The notes under the pieces were generated by a model, which ran no database searches, had not been told where the DNA came from, and saw only the letters and a list, made by a program, of their open reading frames with translations. A DNA stretch of 64,000 bases from a virus: the IMG/VR virus record IMGVR_UViG_3300030101_001745, positions 1 to 64,000 of that record, one strand, 5' to 3'. Made by a program: the position numbers and the translations under genes. Below, one piece after another: positions 1-8,299 of this stretch; the first letter of the stretch is position 1, and every line of letters begins with the position of its first letter.

Positions 1-143
1 TGGACAGAGAGGCGAGTCGGTTGAGCAGATTGCTTGAAGTCGCAAGAAAATGGAAAGAAGAAATTGACAAACTAAATGAAGAGACAGATGAAAGAATTAG
101 ATTATTTGTGGAGGAAGGAATATGGAATGGAAAGAAATACTAA
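1..143 (+). CDS. Hypothetical protein, 5'-partial (...DREASRLSRLLEVARKWKEE...WNGKKY*)
   Basis: Hand-translated open frame from the window edge to TAA at 141-143; charged, helical composition like its neighbours. Confidence 0.5.
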   Translation, partial: DREASRLSRLLEVARKWKEEIDKLNEETDERIRLFVEEGIWNGKKY

Positions 144-244
144 GAAAGAATATGAAGCCTGATTACATTGACATAGATGGTGATGGCGACAAGAAAGAGC
201 CAATGAAAGACGCAGTTAAGGACAAAGGTGAGAAAGATGAGTGA
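122..244 (+). CDS. 40-aa protein MEWKEILRKNMKPDYIDIDGDGDKKEPMK..., DxDxDG motif, putative head-associated peptide
   Basis: Hand-translated, below the ORF-track cutoff; GGAGG upstream; N-terminal W-x-x-I-L motif shared with neighbours. Confidence 0.6.
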   Translation: MEWKEILRKNMKPDYIDIDGDGDKKEPMKDAVKDKGEKDE

Positions 245-473
245 AGAAAAAGGAGTAAGGGAACTGGAAAGGGAACTGAAGCAAGCAAGGATAGCGCAGA
301 AGAACGAGCATGATGCTCGCATCGAGAAGAACAAGAGTAGAGACTTCTCTGTAGGTGTAGGCATCGACAAAGATTCTACTGTCGAGAAGAAGATACCTAA
401 TGCTTCAGAGATTCCAGATGTCATTATCCTACCTAAGAAAAGTAAGGGAAGAAAAGAAAACATACCATTCTGA
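237..473 (+). CDS. Hypothetical protein (~78 aa)
   Basis: ORF track 228..473; ATG at 237 follows a GGTGA RBS. Confidence 0.65.
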   Translation: MSEEKGVRELERELKQARIAQKNEHDARIEKNKSRDFSVGVGIDKDSTVEKKIPNASEIPDVIILPKKSKGRKENIPF

Positions 474-483
474 GGTGAACAAG

Positions 484-2721
484 TTGTCTTTCATGGATAT
501 TCTAAGGAAAGACACGGAAGATGATGCGGCACGTTTGAGAGAAATGCTAGGTATCAAGGATGATGGTACATATGAACAAAGAACCGAACGTTCCGAAGAA
601 GAGAAACCAGAAGAGGAACCAGAAAAGAAACCGAAGAAAAAGGTTAACCCACTAGCAGAATCGACTCTTGATATTCCTGCATATAGCAGAGATAAAAGAA
701 CAGTGTTTGGTAGAGTTAGATACAAAGACGAGAAGATGCCTCAAGAGACTAGGGAAAGAGAAAAAATTAGTGGACGTAAGATAGAAAGTGCCTATGATAG
801 TTTAGGAAAGGAAATAGATGATTCGTGGCTACAAGTCTGGATTTGGTATTCAGACGATATCATGGGTGGGTTAGATTCTTGGACAAGAAATCTGTTTAAG
901 GCAGAAGAGAGTGCTGATGAAATTGAAGTTGAATTAGGTATAGAGAATCCGTTTAGTAAAAGTATCATGAGTGCAAGTGGTCTTACTTCACGTATGCGAC
1001 CAACTGGAAAGGAATTCAAGGAGGCTGGTGGTCGAGGTAAACTTAGAAGCCAACATCGGAGAGATTTTCAAAAGGTCGCCATGGATTATGACAAGGCAGT
1101 ATCTGAGGCATTGAAGGGAGTTGGCTATCAACCTGCAAGAGAACTCACAGACGCAGAGGTATCAGAACAAGAACGAGAGTCTGCAAGACAGAGAGAGGAA
1201 AGGGGAACAGATGAGGAAGGAAAACCAATTCCCATGCAGATGCCTAAGACTTCCGAGAAATATACACAGGAAGACATGTCAGTAATGAGAACGCTCCTTG
1301 ACAAGTTTGATGACGCGGGGGGAAAGATTCCAGAGATTCTCCTATTCCAAAGAAAGAGAGAACCACACACGATGACAATAGAAGACATCCCAGACGAAGA
1401 AGGTGGTGAACAAGAGAACACTCCGCCAACAACTAGGGAGATAACCGTTCAAGCACCTACTGGAGATGATTTCCGAGTACCCGGCATCAGCACAAGGAGA
1501 CTCAACAAATATGCAAGTGACCTAGGACTGTCCTCTGAGGAAGAGACAAAGAAAGTATCTGATACGCACAACACTACAGAAGAAGGAACCATAGTCGAGA
1601 GGACTTGGACTTTCAACCGATTGGATGCGGATAAGAAACTGCTTGAGATGCTTGGTAAGACACCAAAGGAAAGACAGGACATCAGAGATGCTATGATAAG
1701 AGATGTTCCAGAACCGGGTAAAGACCAACCCAAGCAGAAGATTGGTAGCAAGGTTACTACAAGGACTGGCCCAGTTGCTGGAAAAGTCTCAGAACTCTAT
1801 CAGAGAGTAAAGAACTTCTTCGATGAAGTATTCAACCTCCTATCTGTCGAACAATCACCTACCTTGGAGAGCGAGGTTCTCGATGTTACTGCTGGAATTG
1901 GTGAAAAAGGAAGAAAAGCGGCGAAGGAAAAGAGAGAGCGACAAGACCAACTTGGTAGGACACTAGCAAGAATTCTCAAGAACCATGCAGAAGGTAATGA
2001 AAAAACAGCAGGTGAAGCACTTTCAAAAATAAGCGCAGACAATCTAATTCTCATACAGAAGTTTCTCACTAGAGGAAATAAGAAGTTGGCCCGAACAGCA
2101 AGAGATGCATTGATAGAAAATTACAATGATAGCGAGTGGGATGCTAAGACGAAAAGATGGGTAAATAAGAAAACAGGGGAACCTGCATACAAGACATACG
2201 CAGGTAGGAGTACGCTTGAGTTAATTCCAGAGATACTCAACAAGAACAAGAAGAGAATACTTCCCGATAGAAGGACACAAGGACAGATACTCTCTGAGTT
2301 AGAAGAATTCTCAACTCCAGAATTCAACTTAACTAGGTTCGACCAAGGAGATGGTAAGCCTAGAAGAAAGGAATACACGTTGTCCGAGATAATGAAGGAA
2401 GTAAAGCAATTCATATCGGGAGAAGATAAGCAGATTCCACTACAAGGTAGTGCAGGTAATACTTACAGAAAATTACTATTCAAGGTAATGCAAAAATTGC
2501 GTACTGACTATGATGATGGTAAGACGGGAGAACTAGAATCTGATATTGAAATGATAGAATTCCTATATGCTGTTTTACGACACATAGGGAAGAGTAGAAG
2601 AATCTCTGATGTCGCATTGGAACGTGTGGAAGATATCGCCACTACGGAAGACATACCATTCGACACCGATAGAGAGTTTGATTTACCGCCTCTCTCTCCG
2701 GCTAGTAACGAAGAAGAGTAG
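484..2721 (+). CDS. Large charged hypothetical protein, possible internal head protein
   Basis: ORF 400..2721; likely TTG start at 484 after GAGGTGA, giving N-terminus MSFMDILRK. Confidence 0.75.
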   Translation: MSFMDILRKDTEDDAARLREMLGIKDDGTYEQRTERSEEEKPEEEPEKKPKKKVNPLAESTLDIPAYSRDKRTVFGRVRYKDEKMPQETREREKISGRKIESAYDSLGKEIDDSWLQVWIWYSDDIMGGLDSWTRNLFKAEESADEIEVELGIENPFSKSIMSASGLTSRMRPTGKEFKEAGGRGKLRSQHRRDFQKVAMDYDKAVSEALKGVGYQPARELTDAEVSEQERESARQREERGTDEEGKPIPMQMPKTSEKYTQEDMSVMRTLLDKFDDAGGKIPEILLFQRKREPHTMTIEDIPDEEGGEQENTPPTTREITVQAPTGDDFRVPGISTRRLNKYASDLGLSSEEETKKVSDTHNTTEEGTIVERTWTFNRLDADKKLLEMLGKTPKERQDIRDAMIRDVPEPGKDQPKQKIGSKVTTRTGPVAGKVSELYQRVKNFFDEVFNLLSVEQSPTLESEVLDVTAGIGEKGRKAAKEKRERQDQLGRTLARILKNHAEGNEKTAGEALSKISADNLILIQKFLTRGNKKLARTARDALIENYNDSEWDAKTKRWVNKKTGEPAYKTYAGRSTLELIPEILNKNKKRILPDRRTQGQILSELEEFSTPEFNLTRFDQGDGKPRRKEYTLSEIMKEVKQFISGEDKQIPLQGSAGNTYRKLLFKVMQKLRTDYDDGKTGELESDIEMIEFLYAVLRHIGKSRRISDVALERVEDIATTEDIPFDTDREFDLPPLSPASNEEE

Positions 2722-2729
2722 GTGACAGT

Positions 2730-3077
2730 ATGGGTTGGGAAGATATAATCAAAATACGGGAACTGAATAACTTCAAACAAGCACAAAAATATCTAGAAGG
2801 TGTACAAAAAGATATAGACACCATGATATATTTTCTAAAAGAAGAAAATGGTGGATGGAGAAGGAATAGAAACAAGTTAATGATTCTCAATGATAATTCA
2901 TATATACAACCAGACTTTGAAGACGAAGTAAATCTGCTAATGGAACTGGTAGAGGAAGTTCGTGATAAAATCAAAGAATTAGAAGAGATGCCAGAAATGG
3001 ATGATTTTGCCTTTGCGTTAGAAAATCAACGTGCAGACACAGAAAGCGGATATTATGACCCGCGCTTTGAGGGATAG
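2730..3077 (+). CDS. Hypothetical protein (MGWEDIIK...)
   Basis: ORF with GGTGA RBS, in operon spacing. Confidence 0.7.
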   Translation: MGWEDIIKIRELNNFKQAQKYLEGVQKDIDTMIYFLKEENGGWRRNRNKLMILNDNSYIQPDFEDEVNLLMELVEEVRDKIKELEEMPEMDDFAFALENQRADTESGYYDPRFEG

Positions 3078-3078
3078 T

Positions 3079-3408
3079 ATGAGTTGGCAATCTATTCTAA
3101 AGGCTAGTTCGATACTGGAGAAACTAGACCCGAAGGAAAAGAAGAGAGTCAAGAAACTATTGCAATCATCTCAACCTACTGAGTTCTTTGGAAAGGACAT
3201 GACACAACTAGGTGACTTAATTACAGAGATGAAATCACTGGATATGATGAAGGGCGATGAGAGTCTGAACAAGAAAATAGAATCGTTCGATGAGAAGAAC
3301 CTAGAAATAGTTGCCTCTGCCGCAGAACTAAGGAAGGACTATGAGGTTCTCTACGGTCAGATTAGAAATATGATTTATCCAAAGAAGAAAGGAGATGGAA
3401 AGAAATGA
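3079..3408 (+). CDS. Hypothetical coiled-coil protein (MSWQSILKA...)
   Basis: ORF 3031..3408; ATG at 3079 lies just after the previous stop. Confidence 0.7.
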   Translation: MSWQSILKASSILEKLDPKEKKRVKKLLQSSQPTEFFGKDMTQLGDLITEMKSLDMMKGDESLNKKIESFDEKNLEIVASAAELRKDYEVLYGQIRNMIYPKKKGDGKK

Positions 3409-3632
3409 CAGAAGACAATGAAATGATGCTACTATTGAAAGAATTAGTGAATAAGGTAAAGAGTTTAGAAGAAGCAGTTTATCACAAGGATAATCTGTTG
3501 ATGAAGAGTGGAATGGTCGTGGTTGACAGTCCAACTCCCGCAATGGCTCAAGGTGGAGAGTTACCCACAGGAGATACGATTGCGAAGATGGATTGGGATG
3601 ACATTCACAATATGGTCGAGAGGATGAGTTAG
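3405..3632 (+). CDS. 75-aa protein with scaffold-like C-terminal motif (MDWDDIHNM)
   Basis: ATGA overlap; C-terminus resembles that of the protease-scaffold (LSWGDIHNL). Confidence 0.75.
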   Translation: MTEDNEMMLLLKELVNKVKSLEEAVYHKDNLLMKSGMVVVDSPTPAMAQGGELPTGDTIAKMDWDDIHNMVERMS

Positions 3633-4427
3633 ATGCCAGAGAGAGTAAGCAAAGAAGAGATGCTGGTGAGAGCCGCCATAATCAAAGCAAAGGAAAGCAT
3701 ACAGGAAGCAGAACATCTAGGAATCGTTGAGAATAAAGACCCAGTTATGGGAGAGGAAATCAAGGTCAAAAGACCAAAGAAGAAGCCAGCAGAAGAGAAG
3801 GTAGACAACCCTGTGTCCACAGATGACATCAACTCTGGATATGGTCATGTTGGAAGCGAGGAATACTTCGGCAAGGGATTGGACTCAGTTGCGAAGTTGT
3901 CTCCACAGTTGGAAGGACTCCTAGATGAATTGACTCAAGCAATACAAAGAGTGCAAGGGAAAGATAAGAGAGAACTAGAGGAAAAGATGCATGAGATTCT
4001 AAGTGACATCAAGGGTAGTCCTAGAGTATTAAGTTCCCCACCTTCTATGGATAACGAGTTTAGAAGCGAAGCAGACATAGAAGAGAGATTAGGTAAAGAG
4101 GATGAGGAAGAAGAAGAAGAAAAAATCTATCTCGATAAGTCGGTTGATGAATGGAAGACTCTTTTGAAATATAGAATAGAAGAGCCGATGAACCCGAAGA
4201 CCATGGGTGAAATGATAGGCTGTCCCAAATGCGGTGGTAGCGGAACGTTAGGAGGAAGGCCAGTTAAGACGTATGGTAAAGGTGGTAAGAATCCCGGCGG
4301 AATGCAGACATGTGATTTATGTCGCGGGTTAGGAAAAGTAAGCAGACTTACGGCGCGTCAACATAGTCAAGATGAATACAATAGGAAGATGGGTGACAAT
4401 ACTGGCCCAGCCCCGTCCAAAGCATAA
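3633..4427 (+). CDS. Hypothetical protein with C-terminal DnaJ-type CxxCxGxG zinc finger
   Basis: CPKCGGSG ... CDLCRGLG. Confidence 0.7.
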   Translation: MPERVSKEEMLVRAAIIKAKESIQEAEHLGIVENKDPVMGEEIKVKRPKKKPAEEKVDNPVSTDDINSGYGHVGSEEYFGKGLDSVAKLSPQLEGLLDELTQAIQRVQGKDKRELEEKMHEILSDIKGSPRVLSSPPSMDNEFRSEADIEERLGKEDEEEEEEKIYLDKSVDEWKTLLKYRIEEPMNPKTMGEMIGCPKCGGSGTLGGRPVKTYGKGGKNPGGMQTCDLCRGLGKVSRLTARQHSQDEYNRKMGDNTGPAPSKA

Positions 4428-4439
4428 GGTGGATTCTGT

Positions 4440-7034
4440 GTGGTTGAAACAGGATTGATGTTTGAGAAAGAAACTGAGGATTTGACTAGAGCAATTCTTG
4501 ATTTCTTTGAGAAGACACGATACGCCTATCTTTCAGCCAGAGAAGACAAAGCAGAGTATGAGAAGGAATGGCACGAAGTCATAGATAAAATCAGAGATGA
4601 CTACGACTCGCTAAACAAACTGTCTGAGGAATTGAAGAAGTATCTAGAAGAGAAGGTTCTATTCGATAAGTCTGCTAAAGACCCAACCACTCTAGAAGCC
4701 AAGAAGGTATATGAAGCCGTAAAGGACATGAGGTTTCAGTCCAAGAAGGTTAGCGACCCGTTCTCTAAGAAGTTTGAAGGGGATGTAATAAACACCCTAT
4801 TGGAAAGTGACAGACTCTTCATCGCATTTATCCACTACGCACTACGTTCCCATTCCAATGCCCTTCCCGATAAAATATGGGAAGAACACGACATGGAGGG
4901 AGATGATATCACTCAAGGTGTAATGGGATTGGATTTAGAGATGGATGACATACCTCTCTACATCATAGAACACTATGGGGCAGAAGATGAAGACCAAAGC
5001 AGAATCAAGTCAAAGTTCAAGGGGGCGTTGAAGCAACTTGACAAGATGTTCAATGGTGTATACGAAGATGAACAATGGGATAATCTAGTTGAGTTAGACC
5101 TAGAGAAGAGCGAAGATGAGAAGAGCGAAGATGAGAAATCGGAGATAGATTTCATCATACCAAACAAGCCAATGTACAGGATATTTGAGTTGGATGACTT
5201 GAAGGAGTTGAAAGGATTTACTGGAGAGTGGTTAGTTCAAGAGAAGTATGATGGCATGAGAATACAACTTCACAAGAAGAAGGATAACATCAAGATATAC
5301 TCATACAATAAGAAGGATATTACTGACAAATGTGAGAAGCAAGTCGAGCAACTAAAGAAGAAGCAGTTCGGGGATTGCATACTAGATGGAGAGTTGGTTC
5401 TGTTTGAGGATGATGAACCACTACATCGGGCTTCTACCATTGCTCATGTTTTCAAGAACAAGAAAGGTGGAGAACTAAGAGCGCATGTGTTTGACATAAT
5501 GCAACATGAGGGCAAGGACATTCATGATGAACCATTGAGGGAGAGACATAACGTCCTTCTATACCAATTCAGCCAACACTCATCTGATGCTCTCGCTTTC
5601 CCATCGAAGAAAGATACCAGAGTTGCAGACTCAGTCAAGGAAGTAGGAGAGTATGCGAAAGACATCATGCAACTACCTGCATCGGAAGGAGTGGTAATCA
5701 AGGATATGGAGTCAACATATCCAATTACAAAGAAGAAGAATCCGAAGTGGATTAAGTGGAAAAAGTTCGTTGACTTGGATGTTATTGTACTAGATAAGAA
5801 ATCCACTAACAACGGAATGCATACTTACACTATGGGAGTAGGCCCGATTACTGCGGAAGAGGCTAGGACTTACACTACTACAGACATGGATGATAAGGCA
5901 TATGTTCCAGTTGGTAAGGCACTCAACACCAAGGTAAAGGTAAGTGTCGGAGACATAGTTAGAGTAAAAGTTGATGAAGTTAAGAAGAATAAGAAGGGAT
6001 TCAATCTCTACTCCGCTAAGGTAATAGAGATACCAGAGGTAACTCAATCTGACAAACTATCCACGTTGGAGAGGTTATCTACAAAGACAAAGAAATCCTT
6101 GACTTCAGACGCTATCATTGGAGTTCAACAACTCAGCCCATTCAAAATTACAACCGGATTAAGGGATAAGGACAATGAGAAGAAATCGTACATGATAACG
6201 GATAACGTACATGGTACTGCTGAGATAATTATGAAGAGTGATTTTGATGGTTTTACCATATATGGATTTGAAGGTGATTCACTCATGCAGAAGAACGCAT
6301 TGTACAATCTAGATATGTGGAAGTCTGAACTAGAGAGGATGTTGAAAACCAGAAGGTCAGAATTGAGAATCGCAATCAAGAATGAAATAATAGACATATA
6401 CAAGAACAAACCAACTGCCTTTCCTAAGATAGTTGATTTCGTAAAGAAGGAGTTCCCAGAGACATACGAAGAGGTTTTCCAGAGTAGCGATGAGAATCTG
6501 ATGAGTTGGATGAAGAAACAAGATAGTCTGAGATATCATCATCCCAACAAGTTTACTGCTATACCAGATGTTCTAGAGAAGGATGTCGAGGAATTAAAAA
6601 AAAGAGAAACAGGTTCGTTTAGCATCGTCTTAAGAGAAGATGGTAACTTGGATTTTATCATGAATGTTAATGACAAGAGAAACTTCTGGGAGATTGATAT
6701 AGAAGACACCGAGGACATATACGATTTGTTTGGTAAGTCTGGGAAGTTCCCTGCTATTGTAGGAAAGAAGTTAGGTCAACATAAGAAGGAGATAGACTCT
6801 GGTAAGTTAATACTAGGCGTACAGAAAGAAGGATACCATGAATACAAACTAGAAGGTGATAAGTTTGATACTAGATTCCACGTTAGAGTTGTACCTCTAG
6901 ATGAAAAGCAGACTTGGGTTGTTTGGACAGGTAAAAAACAAGAGATGTTGGATATGAAAGACGATACAAAACTCTGGGATATTACAGAAGATAAATATGC
7001 AGATTTGTCATTTCCAACTAAAAAATCAGATTAA
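4440..7034 (+). CDS. lig: ATP-dependent DNA ligase with N- and C-terminal extensions
   Basis: Motif I QEKYDGMR, III ILDGELV, IIIa HVFDIM, IV SEGVVIKD, V WIKWKK, followed by an OB-fold-like region. Confidence 0.92.
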   Translation: MVETGLMFEKETEDLTRAILDFFEKTRYAYLSAREDKAEYEKEWHEVIDKIRDDYDSLNKLSEELKKYLEEKVLFDKSAKDPTTLEAKKVYEAVKDMRFQSKKVSDPFSKKFEGDVINTLLESDRLFIAFIHYALRSHSNALPDKIWEEHDMEGDDITQGVMGLDLEMDDIPLYIIEHYGAEDEDQSRIKSKFKGALKQLDKMFNGVYEDEQWDNLVELDLEKSEDEKSEDEKSEIDFIIPNKPMYRIFELDDLKELKGFTGEWLVQEKYDGMRIQLHKKKDNIKIYSYNKKDITDKCEKQVEQLKKKQFGDCILDGELVLFEDDEPLHRASTIAHVFKNKKGGELRAHVFDIMQHEGKDIHDEPLRERHNVLLYQFSQHSSDALAFPSKKDTRVADSVKEVGEYAKDIMQLPASEGVVIKDMESTYPITKKKNPKWIKWKKFVDLDVIVLDKKSTNNGMHTYTMGVGPITAEEARTYTTTDMDDKAYVPVGKALNTKVKVSVGDIVRVKVDEVKKNKKGFNLYSAKVIEIPEVTQSDKLSTLERLSTKTKKSLTSDAIIGVQQLSPFKITTGLRDKDNEKKSYMITDNVHGTAEIIMKSDFDGFTIYGFEGDSLMQKNALYNLDMWKSELERMLKTRRSELRIAIKNEIIDIYKNKPTAFPKIVDFVKKEFPETYEEVFQSSDENLMSWMKKQDSLRYHHPNKFTAIPDVLEKDVEELKKRETGSFSIVLREDGNLDFIMNVNDKRNFWEIDIEDTEDIYDLFGKSGKFPAIVGKKLGQHKKEIDSGKLILGVQKEGYHEYKLEGDKFDTRFHVRVVPLDEKQTWVVWTGKKQEMLDMKDDTKLWDITEDKYADLSFPTKKSD
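5103..5144 (+). repeat. In-frame 15-bp tandem repeat (EKSED x2 plus a partial copy) in the ligase linker
   Basis: gagaagagcgaagat twice, then gagaaatcggag. Confidence 0.85.
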
Positions 7035-7046
7035 CTTAAATAGAAA
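7031..7046 (+). promoter_or_regulatory. Possible archaeal TATA-box promoter upstream of the protease/capsid genes
   Basis: TTAACTTAAATAG about 25 nt upstream of an in-frame GTG at 7065, compatible with a leaderless mRNA. Confidence 0.35.
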
Positions 7047-7055
7047 GAAAAAAAG

Positions 7056-8297
7056 GTGTCGAAAGTGTTAGCATCAGGAGAACTGCTACTAAAAGCAAAT
7101 GAGGAAAGAGAATTTAGTATACTGAAGTCTGACGGATTAGTAATAGGAGGATATGCATCAATAGAAATCGTTGACAAGCAAAACGACCTTATCACACTAG
7201 ATGCATTGGATGAAGCAGTCAAGAAATACATGGGAGAGAAGAAGTACAGAAATGTAATGTCAAACCATTCAAATGTTCAAGTCGGGGAGGTAGTAGAGAA
7301 ATATCGTGATAAAAACGGAGTCTTACACAAAACCAGTGTGGATGACGTTGGATTCTATGTTGTTATCAAAATGAGAGATGACATAGAAAAAGCGAAGGAA
7401 ATTTCTAGAAACATCCGAAAAGGAACACTTAGGTCATTTAGTATAGGAGGGCAAGCGATTTCTAAGAAGCAGAGAACATCTGACGAGTATGGAGAATACA
7501 ACGAAATAGATAAGTTGGAATTACATGAAGTCACAATCTGCGAGAAAGGAATCAACCCAGAAGCGAAATTCGACATCTTGAAACAAGAGTCGGAGGTGAA
7601 AAACAATATGAGTGAAAAACTGGAAAAAGCACTTGAAGAGTTGAACGGCCTAATGAAGCAGGTTGAGCAACTTAACAAGGAAGAAGAAGATGAAAAAATG
7701 GCAAATTCATCGTACGAGAAGGAAATGATGGACGAGAAGAAAGCCGATGAAGGTGATGACATGGAAGAAGAGGATATGGATTCTATGGCATACGCGGATG
7801 ATGATGAGGACAAGGAAGAGAAAGCACTTGACCAAGACACCACAAGAGATTATGAGGCGGGAGAGGAAGTTGTTAGCGGTGGTTCACCGAAAGCAACACC
7901 TGCACCACTCTCAGTCTCTAAGGGTCTAGAGTCGGCTGATTTCTCTACTCTTGACCTTAGTGCCGAGAACGTAGAGAAGGCTTACGAGGCTTTCAAAGCA
8001 GAGCAGTTGGAGAAACTTGCTTACGACAACCTAAGCAAGACCTTCGGTGCTAGGTTCCAAGAGGAACTTGCTTTGAAGAAATCCGAGGCAGAGAGAAGCG
8101 AGTACGATGCTCGCGCAGACGTTGCTGGACTAAAGCAAGAGTTTGCTGAGTTGAGGAAGTCTCTCACTGAGAAGGATGAAGAAATTCGCAAGGCACAGGA
8201 AGTCGCCTTTGACCTACCTGAAAACTTCCCAACGTCAGTTGAGGAAGCATCTGGTCTGTCATGGGGAGATATACACAACCTAGCGAGGGGTGATTAA
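7056..8297 (+). CDS. HK97-type prohead protease fused to an acidic coiled-coil scaffold
   Basis: GYAS..VDKQND, MSNH, LRSFSIGG, LHEVTICEKGINPEA; directly upstream of the MCP. Confidence 0.9.
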   Translation: MSKVLASGELLLKANEEREFSILKSDGLVIGGYASIEIVDKQNDLITLDALDEAVKKYMGEKKYRNVMSNHSNVQVGEVVEKYRDKNGVLHKTSVDDVGFYVVIKMRDDIEKAKEISRNIRKGTLRSFSIGGQAISKKQRTSDEYGEYNEIDKLELHEVTICEKGINPEAKFDILKQESEVKNNMSEKLEKALEELNGLMKQVEQLNKEEEDEKMANSSYEKEMMDEKKADEGDDMEEEDMDSMAYADDDEDKEEKALDQDTTRDYEAGEEVVSGGSPKATPAPLSVSKGLESADFSTLDLSAENVEKAYEAFKAEQLEKLAYDNLSKTFGARFQEELALKKSEAERSEYDARADVAGLKQEFAELRKSLTEKDEEIRKAQEVAFDLPENFPTSVEEASGLSWGDIHNLARGD

Positions 8298-8299
8298 AT

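Noticed and set aside
400-483. ORF-track starts at 400 (also 3031, 10133, 44263, 52104, 54024 and 63790)
   Set aside because: These extensions overlap upstream genes or the hairpin; downstream starts have better RBS or coupling and give sensible N-termini.
3633-4427. DnaJ chaperone
   Set aside because: Only two CxxCxGxG repeats are present, with no J-domain HPD motif.
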